Source: a virus. From it: a stretch of 64,000 nt of DNA. The notes beneath the pieces were generated by a model, which did no database searches, was not told the origin of the DNA, and saw only the letters and a list, made by a program, of their open reading frames with translations. Of the stretch, positions 32,301 to 39,760 are shown piece by piece (positions within the stretch are counted from its first letter, which is position 1; each line of letters starts with the position of its first letter). Both the position numbers and the translations under genes were made by a program. The stretch is from positions 3,934 through 67,933 of IMG/VR virus record IMGVR_UViG_3300009788_000009; one strand, given 5' to 3'.

Positions 32301-32348
32301 ACTACTATTAGTGGGAACCCATCCAGTTTCTAGTACAGGAATAGCCAT
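29319..32348 (-). CDS. Fibre protein with about 33 tandem 22-aa repeats (1009 aa)
   Basis: N-terminal beta-sandwich-like domain (~215 aa), then repeats of consensus R.V..TTEVITLTEN.A.(I/V)NRT. Confidence 0.8.
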   Translation of the reverse strand: MAIPVLETGWVPTNSSGNAVSNLTLTAPTGIVADDLLLIIVCSDDNATGAEFSTAASGWAKHDEVGGGNSDAHIGVFWKKAVGGEGNIQIDAASLDEMLGWYVRISGANTDNPFGASDFTYDSGNGNSHTLPNVATTLSNSLALYGLAFDGGDGAPFGAPGGSWSEAGEDTSGTGINDVSGVFGTQGKATVGSLGAPVISVSANDGASGFILEIKEVPIPRDVTGTTEAVTINEPIGTVTRDRVSTGSPESILITETTDSVINRQRGVNCTTEVITLTETTSTVDKQPARHVDGSTEVVTLTENQATITRNRSFTCSIEVIEITENQAPMTGTMWSWDSENFTWDDDTNHSWDGWHTHAEINRNVTGTIEAITITTNSATVKRTRGVTCTTEVVTVAEVPSVVNRTRNVLGNTEVITLAETPAITNTERIALSATEALTVTESNASINRTRSVIAVTEIITLIESTATVNSTRKVSCTTEVVTLTETLATIVFPRIVTGSTEVVTITENLSTVIRDRLVTGITEVITISTIPAGINETRIVTSTVEITAIVENVASLNRTRNVNCTTEVITLTENTSIVQFGKVVIGSTEVVVLTENNAALNRTRGVICTTEVITLAENAATVNAALSVSTDTEIIAVTETASVINKQRGVNCATEVITLTENVAVVELGTNLIVTGTTEVVTLIENASIVNRTREVICTTEVITLTETNSTVNRQRGVNCLTEVIILVENNASLNRTLSVQALTESIVLTEIPAGVNETRIVTSTVEITAIIENASAINRTRNVQASTEVITLTENIADVNFNRVVTGTTEIITLTENVASVGIPRNVVSTTEVITIGENNASINRSRNILTSTEIINLAETNGSVLTSRGVSGTTEVVTVVETVANINRTRSIQCTTEVIVLTENVANVTLNQGLNVTGITEVITITENAATIKIDRVVASITEVISLIEVTASIKANRTMIAPFKEIVLTTQNASVKFGIVGKPVLGFSLTYLRPNDEYIILWRDE

Positions 32349-32357
32349 AAATTACGG

Positions 32358-32723
32358 CTAGTTCATATCAGTTTCAGCAAGATCTTGTGCTGCTATAACT
32401 GATATATTTAGAGCTGGTATTAATGACTCTCTTTCATTACGTCCTGCAACCTCACGTATCATAGTACGTAAGAACTTATCAATAGTTCCAACGATCAATG
32501 CAGCTTTTTCTTCATTAGTTGGATCACGCGCAAGATTATAAGGAAATGGCCCTGGATCAGTAGGGTTTTCAGGGGGTGGTTCAGTTATTACATCAAACCA
32601 TCCACTTAAATCATAAGGGTCTTGTTCGACGATAGCATCAGCAATAGAGATTAATTGCGGATTGGTTAACGTGCGCCCTATGATTGTTTCGATGATAAGT
32701 GTTGCGTCTGTAATTGCTGTCAT
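32358..32723 (-). CDS. Hypothetical protein (fibre module)
   Basis: ORF in operon with GAGG RBS. Confidence 0.6.
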   Translation of the reverse strand: MTAITDATLIIETIIGRTLTNPQLISIADAIVEQDPYDLSGWFDVITEPPPENPTDPGPFPYNLARDPTNEEKAALIVGTIDKFLRTMIREVAGRNERESLIPALNISVIAAQDLAETDMN

Positions 32724-32727
32724 GTTT

Positions 32728-33297
32728 TTAACCTCTGTTTGTTACTAATCCTCTACGCTTTCTGTATATAAGTCTGAATGAAAACCAACTACCAAAGTCT
32801 GAATCTGTATCTGGATAATTGCTTGGCCAGGACACATCTGGTGATTCATTTAATCCAGTTGTTTCAAATCTACCTCTCGCCGTTTGGAAATCACCAGCAT
32901 TTCCACTATCAGTTTCAGTCCGATAATCTGCACCTCCTGCGTCGTCTGCTTTGGTACACACCCAAATTGGCGTGTTATCAGCTATCAAAACGGGTGGTCC
33001 TGAAACAAATACATCAACCCACGCAAAAGCTCCTGTTGGATGTATTATTTTCCCAAAATCATAAAGTAATGTGGCACCCGCACCATCAGCAGGACCAAGA
33101 CTCAACGATCCTCCCTGATACACCGCTACCCTACTTTCTACTGGCGGTGAACCCCCATCATCGAAGCAATAAATTGAAGCACCATGTAAATAATGGCCCC
33201 CACCCTCAGCAAATAGACCACCCATCGCAACATTACCCAGATGAAGGGGAGTATCAGCAATTGCCGATGAACCCCATTCTTGAGTCGCAGCAACCAT
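32728..33297 (-). CDS. Hypothetical beta-rich fibre-associated protein
   Basis: TGATG coupling with upstream fibre gene. Confidence 0.6.
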   Translation of the reverse strand: MVAATQEWGSSAIADTPLHLGNVAMGGLFAEGGGHYLHGASIYCFDDGGSPPVESRVAVYQGGSLSLGPADGAGATLLYDFGKIIHPTGAFAWVDVFVSGPPVLIADNTPIWVCTKADDAGGADYRTETDSGNAGDFQTARGRFETTGLNESPDVSWPSNYPDTDSDFGSWFSFRLIYRKRRGLVTNRG

Positions 33298-34409
33298 CAG
33301 TCGTAAGTCCCTATTGGTGATATATGAAGTTCCTCAACATTTCCAGACACAGCAGTAATTTCTACCCATATAAACGAATCAGCAGGAATCGTTGCGTCAC
33401 TAATAGCGGTTATATCAGAACCACTTGAAACACTTGTAATTGTGTTCGTATCAATAATATTTCCAGCGCCATTTCTAACAGTAGAATGACGGATGGTACA
33501 AGTAACAGATGGACTTGTATCCCCCACCAGAACAAAGCGAATCTCTGACAGAGTAATTGCTGCGTTAACGAAGGCAATAGTTATATCGTCTGTATTGGTT
33601 GGAAACTCCACTGATAAAGAAGCAGTGAACTTAGTAGCGGGGCTAACATCAGCACCGTCAGCAACATTAAGCATAGTTAAAACTTGTGCTTTAGTTAGTG
33701 CTTCAGGAGTACCAGCACCACTAACCCTACCAATAATCCTTTCATCGGTCAGACTTGCCATTTTTGCAAGAGTGATTGCCGCATTACCGATATTGTTAGT
33801 AACTAAAGACCCGAAAGCAAGGTTGCCAGAACCAGATCGTCTTAGTACTCCATCAACACCACAAACAAGCGAACCATAATCACCTGCTCCAGAACCGACT
33901 TTTGCAATGATATCAAAACCAACGCCATTCAATAACTCTGTGAAAGTAATAGTGTCCGGACGAATAGAACCAAACACGACCATATTCCACCGAAGATCAT
34001 CAGCTCTTGGTGTAATAATAGCGAGTGTTCCCGGCGGGATAGGAACAGCAACACCAGCACCTTGATTGGCATCCGTAATGTAGATTTCATCCGTTCCGTC
34101 TGGATCAATATTAACATCTTGACCGGGATCGGTATTCCAGACCCAAATATCACTGAGAGTAGTTGCTGATTTTGTAAATGTTGCAGGCAGGGTATGAGTA
34201 ATACCAGCGTGAATTTGGGATAGGATACGATCACCCAAAACAAGCGTCTTACCAGTGTTGTTAAACTCCCAGTGCCGACCCTGCAATTGCTCAATAGCAG
34301 CCTTGATATTATCAAGGCTGGTTTGTAGCTTTACACCACCAGCACGACCTTTATCACCAAGACCATCACCAGCACTGCTAAGATTGATATCATCAATCGT
34401 AACGGTCAT
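33297..34409 (-). CDS. Tail-fibre-like protein (370 aa)
   Basis: N-terminal GDGLGDKGRAGGVK fibre motif; AITLAKMA and IIGRVSGAGTPEALT fibre-shaft motifs. Confidence 0.7.
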   Translation of the reverse strand: MTVTIDDINLSSAGDGLGDKGRAGGVKLQTSLDNIKAAIEQLQGRHWEFNNTGKTLVLGDRILSQIHAGITHTLPATFTKSATTLSDIWVWNTDPGQDVNIDPDGTDEIYITDANQGAGVAVPIPPGTLAIITPRADDLRWNMVVFGSIRPDTITFTELLNGVGFDIIAKVGSGAGDYGSLVCGVDGVLRRSGSGNLAFGSLVTNNIGNAAITLAKMASLTDERIIGRVSGAGTPEALTKAQVLTMLNVADGADVSPATKFTASLSVEFPTNTDDITIAFVNAAITLSEIRFVLVGDTSPSVTCTIRHSTVRNGAGNIIDTNTITSVSSGSDITAISDATIPADSFIWVEITAVSGNVEELHISPIGTYD

Positions 34410-34421
34410 TGTTAACTAACC

Positions 34422-34886
34422 TTACGCTTGGTTAACTGTAGCGAACGGTGTACCCCAAGTAATCGTAAGATCACCAGTTGTCGCATCAAACACGCCGCCG
34501 AGGTCAACATAACCTATAGCATCCTTATTAGTGGCTGTATCATCATAGATGATACCCCAAAAACAAGTAGTAGGATTACCTGCATTCTGTGACCATGTTG
34601 CTGGATCACCGAAATCAAGATCTAACGTACCAGCGTTAAGAACAGCACTTGGAGTAGCCAATGTCTGCCCACCAGCAGGGAAGTTGCCACCAGTCTGTTC
34701 ATTAGCAGCTAGATTCGTTGTACCACCAGCACCCCAAGTTGGATCAGCCGTTGTAGTGGCTGGAACAATTGTATTATCTACAATCGCACATTTGAGTACG
34801 TTAGGAGTAGCACCGAAATCAAAGATACCACTGTCAAATACTTTCTCTAGGAAAGCGTCAAATACTACTACATCACCTTGTGCCAT
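34422..34886 (-). CDS. Small structural protein (154 aa)
   Basis: AGGAG RBS; LKCAIV...GGQTLA...WGIIYDD...IGYVDLG...GDLTITW pattern. Confidence 0.65.
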   Translation of the reverse strand: MAQGDVVVFDAFLEKVFDSGIFDFGATPNVLKCAIVDNTIVPATTTADPTWGAGGTTNLAANEQTGGNFPAGGQTLATPSAVLNAGTLDLDFGDPATWSQNAGNPTTCFWGIIYDDTATNKDAIGYVDLGGVFDATTGDLTITWGTPFATVNQA

Positions 34887-34903
34887 ATCGTAATTCTCCT
34901 GTA

Positions 34904-35503
34904 TTAACGAGTTACTTCTTTATGAAGCCGTATACTTCCTTCTGCTATACGTGTTTTATCGCCATTACCAAGAACATCTATCAGCTCTAAATCATAGACA
35001 GCATTATCGAAGTTAAAAGCTGCTGTATCAACAGCAGAAATATGAAGTTTAACACCCCCATCAGTGGGGGAAAAAGTTATATCACCACCAATACTAGTTA
35101 AAGTATGTATAATAGCAGCGTTAGTACGAGTAGATCTAATCTGCATTTCAGCAGTATAACCAGTTAGATCAGTTGGAGCATAATGAGTAACTGAACCTGT
35201 GTTCACTACCCATATTTGGTTATTCGTTGAGATATTTACACTGAAGTTATTAGCGTCAATCCAGGTTGCTATAAAAGACTTTTTACCTGAATTAAGTTCT
35301 GTAGCTCCCTTAACACCATGTATAAAGACTGGAGTAGTGGATATACTGGGTAATTGATGCCCCGTTACTTGTATAAGTGTAGGACAACCTATAACAACGG
35401 CTTCAATAGCCTGGCACAATAATCCACTGCCATACCAATTTATAGTACGTCTAAAAGTAGCACCTTGGATAATAGGTAAGTCTATTCGAGGTACATCAGA
35501 CAT
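34904..35503 (-). CDS. Structural protein with baseplate-upper/Ig-like domain
   Basis: I.QGATF...DLTGYTAEMQIR...AVYDLEL...RIAEG motif set with an inserted domain. Confidence 0.6.
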   Translation of the reverse strand: MSDVPRIDLPIIQGATFRRTINWYGSGLLCQAIEAVVIGCPTLIQVTGHQLPSISTTPVFIHGVKGATELNSGKKSFIATWIDANNFSVNISTNNQIWVVNTGSVTHYAPTDLTGYTAEMQIRSTRTNAAIIHTLTSIGGDITFSPTDGGVKLHISAVDTAAFNFDNAVYDLELIDVLGNGDKTRIAEGSIRLHKEVTR

Positions 35504-36201
35504 TAAATGCCTCCATATCCACTAGCACTTGAAGACCTATGCTTCTTCTTTAAATCCCTAGAATCAACTTCCTTCATTTCAGCGAGGAAAGCTGCTCTGG
35601 ATATTGCAGACTTATCTGGATCAAATGTTTCAGCATCTTGGTGAGCATAAGCTCTATACATAACCCAATCCAATAAAGTAAGTCTATCTGGTTTAGGTAC
35701 ACCCTCTATATCCGTATTACCTTCGTTGACTTCTTTTAAAGGATATCTGTCAATTATAAGTAGTAAACTACCATCAATAACAGGTATATTAATCAAGCGA
35801 AGCCTATCTTCTTCCATGCCTGTTATAGCACTAAATACAGTACCAGTAGCGTTAGGATATCGAGAGATAGATAAGAAAGTGTTATAGTCTGCACTTTCTT
35901 GTTGAGAACTTGAGTTTTCGAATGTATCCCAATCAAGTAGACGTAGTTTACTCTTAGTTGTATTGTCATACACCGATAGTATTTTTAATACCTTTTCATC
36001 TAATATAACCCAGGGGTCATTAGCAGTATACTCAAGTAGAGTTAACTCAGAGGTATGATCCCTAATTGCTTTACCCTTCTCACAGTACTTATTAATAGCA
36101 TCATTAAGATATACATAGAAAATATCATCTGTCCAAAAGTATGACTTGGCTACATCATCAGCCATAGTCCTAAAGACTTCTAATAGGTCACATGCGTTCA
36201 T
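35503..36201 (-). CDS. Head-tail adaptor protein
   Basis: YFWTD...YLNDA and LLDWVMYRAY..QDAE motifs of podovirus adaptors. Confidence 0.7.
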   Translation of the reverse strand: MNACDLLEVFRTMADDVAKSYFWTDDIFYVYLNDAINKYCEKGKAIRDHTSELTLLEYTANDPWVILDEKVLKILSVYDNTTKSKLRLLDWDTFENSSSQQESADYNTFLSISRYPNATGTVFSAITGMEEDRLRLINIPVIDGSLLLIIDRYPLKEVNEGNTDIEGVPKPDRLTLLDWVMYRAYAHQDAETFDPDKSAISRAAFLAEMKEVDSRDLKKKHRSSSASGYGGI

Positions 36202-36620
36202 TAGTCACCTGTAACAACTTCGGGAACATTCTCTTGTTTAGCTAAACCAAATGCTTCAACAACCTCAGTCTTTTGTACCTTATAACCAAGTAACTCTGTA
36301 ACTCGTTGTATGTTAGGAGTACCAGTACCAGTCCATTCACTACGTTCATTACGTGCTATCATTTCCTTAACTACAACCGTTATTTCTTCCAGGCGTTCAT
36401 CAGGATCAGCAGGACCGCGATTAGGTACTACAGGTGAAGGCTCAGATAAATCAGGTGTTTTACCTTCTGACATTGTAGCACCCATACCAATAGCAGATTT
36501 AACAAGTTGTGGGGGTACACCTATTGGCACTCCAGGTTCAAACGCAATTGACTGACCACTTATATGACGTAATGTAGCCCTTCTGTCCAAAACCATTTTA
36601 CTACTCATACGATTTCTCAT
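36201..36620 (-). CDS. Hypothetical head-module protein
   Basis: AAGGAG RBS; WTGTGTPN motif; position after capsid genes. Confidence 0.6.
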   Translation of the reverse strand: MRNRMSSKMVLDRRATLRHISGQSIAFEPGVPIGVPPQLVKSAIGMGATMSEGKTPDLSEPSPVVPNRGPADPDERLEEITVVVKEMIARNERSEWTGTGTPNIQRVTELLGYKVQKTEVVEAFGLAKQENVPEVVTGD

Positions 36621-36644
36621 TTCTTGGCTCCTTTAAATTAGGTC

Positions 36645-36662
36645 GAGGGACCGAAGTCCCTC
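36645..36662 (-). terminator. cUUCGg hairpin after capsid genes (weak terminator or RNA stabiliser)
   Basis: Minus strand GAGGGAC-TTCG-GTCCCTC; lacks a clear U tract. Confidence 0.45.
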
Positions 36663-36668
36663 TAAGTT

Positions 36669-37082
36669 TTAGTACGGTTGGTTTTCATTAGCGCGGCCAA
36701 ACATAATGTAGGCAACACCAAGACGAAGCTTACCTAAAGAGTTATCGTCAGTACCATAAGTAGGTGTAACAATTACCGAAACACCATCACCTGTATCAGT
36801 GAATAGTCCAGCGGCAAACTCAATAGCAGGATTAGTAACCGAAGCTAAAGCCTGAGCTGTTTCAAACAATGCTGCTGTACCGACAATACCGATATTAGCA
36901 ACAGCGGAAGTGCTATCATTAAAAGCCTCAGTTACATCAGAGAAGCCCCCAACGATTATTGCACTGGCAGGAAGATCAAGAACCTCAGTAGCTATACCAT
37001 CTGGAAGGTCTGAGAACAGAACTTCCTGGTAAGCCCATAAAGTATATTGACGACCGTGGTCTTTTAAAGTATCAATAGGCAT
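36669..37082 (-). CDS. Putative capsid decoration/minor head protein
   Basis: Directly after MCP; LPASAIIVGG...VTEAFN jelly-roll-like motif. Confidence 0.65.
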   Translation of the reverse strand: MPIDTLKDHGRQYTLWAYQEVLFSDLPDGIATEVLDLPASAIIVGGFSDVTEAFNDSTSAVANIGIVGTAALFETAQALASVTNPAIEFAAGLFTDTGDGVSVIVTPTYGTDDNSLGKLRLGVAYIMFGRANENQPY

Positions 37083-37093
37083 AGTGTATCTCC

Positions 37094-38209
37094 TTATTCC
37101 TGTGAAACGTAGGTTGAGAGAACACCAAAATCTTCTACCACACCTGTATAGATGCTGTGGAACTTAGGCTTAAGCAGCCCAAAGATTTTGCCCACTGAGA
37201 TGCCCTGCTGGTTCTCATAATCGAATCCTTCTTCAACCCAATATGGATTGCCGATATCAGCGATACCAAGAGCCTGTGCACCACAGAACAAGACCTGACA
37301 ACCTTCTACAGTATTACCTGCACCCCACTGGTCTACACCAGAGGTCGCACCACGGCTATTAAATACATGCCGGTGCTCATGAATGTACATGTTGTCTACC
37401 TTAACTGTGTTGCCAGCAAACAAAGGATTACTTGTATTGCTACGGACACCTGCTTCACGAACGTTCTGCATGTAGGTTGGATCAAGCTTCAACCTAGCAG
37501 CAGCGGTAGGCGTAAAGAACACATGGTAAGTTTCTTCTCCACCTTCTCTTACACCGCGCATGTAAGTTTCCTTAGCAAATGCCTTCAATTGAATCAGCAT
37601 TTCCCAAGAAGGTCTATCAGTTGCGGTTACTGCACCCGTAGTACCACCTGGGGTTAGTACATCAGTCGTACCATTCCATTGTAGTACACGATTAGCAGAA
37701 GGAACTGCTACGTCAGCCCCAAACTCCAAGAAGGGCAAATCGGAACCCACACGAGCCGTACCATTGTTATTCATCGTAAAGGACACCCCTGACATAGCCA
37801 AGAATGACATTTGATCAATACGATCACCTAACCAGTATGATAAAACATCGCGGGAGTTGTTGCGGAAAGTAACAACAGATTTCTGGTCAGCCATACGACC
37901 TTCATGTCTGTTAGCGTGTCTAAGCTGATCAATGCGGATCACTTGGTCATATGACTTCATCGCCTCTTCGTTACCCTCTAGGGTACGATCTCCTGCGATA
38001 CCATCACCTTCCAAATCTGCTACGAGAGTGAGAACAGCCCTAGCACCCTTATCTGTCTTAGTCAATTCATCTACGTGGTGAATTATGCTATTTGCATCCT
38101 TCCCCATGAACCGACTTACAAAGGCTTGATTTCGAGCTGCTTTCCATAGATCCCTTGACCAGATAGTTAACTCTTCGTCTGTAAGACGAGCAAAGTTTGT
38201 TTGAGCCAT
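37094..38209 (-). CDS. Major capsid protein (DUF4043 / N4-gp56-like)
   Basis: LEGNEEAM...IRIDQLRHA and LFCGAQALG...EEGFDYEN motifs; follows scaffold. Confidence 0.9.
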   Translation of the reverse strand: MAQTNFARLTDEELTIWSRDLWKAARNQAFVSRFMGKDANSIIHHVDELTKTDKGARAVLTLVADLEGDGIAGDRTLEGNEEAMKSYDQVIRIDQLRHANRHEGRMADQKSVVTFRNNSRDVLSYWLGDRIDQMSFLAMSGVSFTMNNNGTARVGSDLPFLEFGADVAVPSANRVLQWNGTTDVLTPGGTTGAVTATDRPSWEMLIQLKAFAKETYMRGVREGGEETYHVFFTPTAAARLKLDPTYMQNVREAGVRSNTSNPLFAGNTVKVDNMYIHEHRHVFNSRGATSGVDQWGAGNTVEGCQVLFCGAQALGIADIGNPYWVEEGFDYENQQGISVGKIFGLLKPKFHSIYTGVVEDFGVLSTYVSQE

Positions 38210-38369
38210 AACTACCTCAATTAGTCAATTTAAACGTGTCTATCTCCTTTACCGTTTAACGCTTGGATCAGCGGGAACACCTGTTTTTAGAGGGGGTGGC
38301 CTCTGCGGGGTTGACGCACCCCGCAACGATGGGTCCAATTCTACAGGAATCCAAGGGGGTTGTCACCCC

Positions 38370-39296
38370 CTAACGGACTCCTAAATGATGTTCTTCTACA
38401 ACATCACCACGCAACTGCTGTTTAATCTTGTCGTCTAACTTATCAAATTGTTCAGTGGTTAACCTATTTATATCAATACCAAATTTGTTGTTATTGATTG
38501 CATCAGCGGCAGCACCAACATCTGAAACATCGGCGGGTTGTCTGGATAAAGCATCAGTTAAACTCTTCTTTGAATCGTCCTTACGTTTAGTCGTTGTTTC
38601 CTTTACCTTCTTAGTATCAGGTTTTAATATATACTTAGCAGCAGTATTAAGAGCATCTGTTTGAGAGTAACCTGCAACAATATAAGCTTCCCTCATATTA
38701 AACACTTCGGTAACTACTTCTTGATCAAAATCATCGGAGGTCTTATCAAGGGCAGGATAATCCTTCTGTAACGTAGCTAATAGAGTATCATATTTTATAT
38801 CATCAGCAGACATAGCTCTAGTAGAAGATTCAGACTCAGCTTGTCTTGTATCATCAATAGTAACTTCTAATGTGTTCATTTCAGCTAGTAATGACTGAGC
38901 TTTGTCTTTATCATTATCAAAGATAGCTGCTTGCCACTCACCACGCTTGATATTTAGTTCATCACGTAGTTCCTGTACAGTTGGTAATTTATCATCGGCT
39001 GGTGCAGTAACTTGCTGGCGTAGTTTATTACGCTCATCAATAACCGTATTAAGACGAGATATAGGAACCATCTGCTCCTTATCATCTTTCTTATCGTCTT
39101 TCTTATCATCAGCTTTCTTATCATCTTTCTTGTCGTCTTCTTTAGCATCTTTCTTGATGATATCTTTAACCAAAGCTTCTAGACCTTCGTCAGTGTACTT
39201 TCCATCCTCCCCTGTCTCTCCAGGTTTGGCATCACTCTTATCATCGACTTTTTTATCGTCGTCTTTAACGTCATCTTTCTTGTCATCTTTAGGCAT
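38370..39296 (-). CDS. Capsid scaffolding protein
   Basis: Lys/Asp-rich N-terminus, MVPISRLNTVIDERN motif, C-terminal helix; between portal and MCP. Confidence 0.8.
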   Translation of the reverse strand: MPKDDKKDDVKDDDKKVDDKSDAKPGETGEDGKYTDEGLEALVKDIIKKDAKEDDKKDDKKADDKKDDKKDDKEQMVPISRLNTVIDERNKLRQQVTAPADDKLPTVQELRDELNIKRGEWQAAIFDNDKDKAQSLLAEMNTLEVTIDDTRQAESESSTRAMSADDIKYDTLLATLQKDYPALDKTSDDFDQEVVTEVFNMREAYIVAGYSQTDALNTAAKYILKPDTKKVKETTTKRKDDSKKSLTDALSRQPADVSDVGAAADAINNNKFGIDINRLTTEQFDKLDDKIKQQLRGDVVEEHHLGVR

Positions 39297-39299
39297 TAC

Positions 39300-39548
39300 T
39301 TAGGCTCCTATCTTATTTTCATCAAGTTTATGATCACCACACCAATCGTTATCAAAGATAGCTGGATACCCATTCATAGTAGGTGCGCGTCTACGACAGC
39401 GACCAAGACTAGGTTTAGGTGCTGGTCTATCTTCATTAGCTTTTAGTGTATTTTCATGTATAGGTTTAAGATCAGGTACTTTAAGCACTGACCACATACA
39501 TGTAGAACAAGTCATTCCTTTACTTCTATGTTTCCACGGATCAGTCAT
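39300..39548 (-). CDS. Small Cys-rich protein
   Basis: CSTC...CRRRAP...DWCGDH metal-binding pattern. Confidence 0.65.
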   Translation of the reverse strand: MTDPWKHRSKGMTCSTCMWSVLKVPDLKPIHENTLKANEDRPAPKPSLGRCRRRAPTMNGYPAIFDNDWCGDHKLDENKIGA

Positions 39549-39760
39549 TCCTTTGGCTCCTTAGTTACACTTTTAACAGCCCACATAGCGGCTGATTCTA
39601 ACTCAGTACAGGCAATAGCTGTACAACGCGGGTCTTTACCCTCGTCCAGTACATAGTCTATAAGTAGAGCTGCAAGCTCCTTTATATGATCTACTTGGGT
39701 ATGACCCCCAGGGTTAAACGATATTCCTACTCTATATTGACCTTCAGTTAATTTAGGCAT
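39545..39760 (-). CDS. Acb2/Tad1-like helical-hairpin protein (candidate anti-defence nucleotide sponge)
   Basis: GQYRVGISFNPGG...IKELAALLID...RCTAIACTELESAAMWAVKSVT resembles the Acb2/Tad1 hairpin signature; recognised by eye. Confidence 0.6.
   Translation of the reverse strand: MPKLTEGQYRVGISFNPGGHTQVDHIKELAALLIDYVLDEGKDPRCTAIACTELESAAMWAVKSVTKEPKE

Noticed and set aside
27088-34409. Diversity-generating retroelement acting on fibre genes
   Set aside because: No reverse transcriptase in the window and no template/variable repeat pair differing at adenines was seen.
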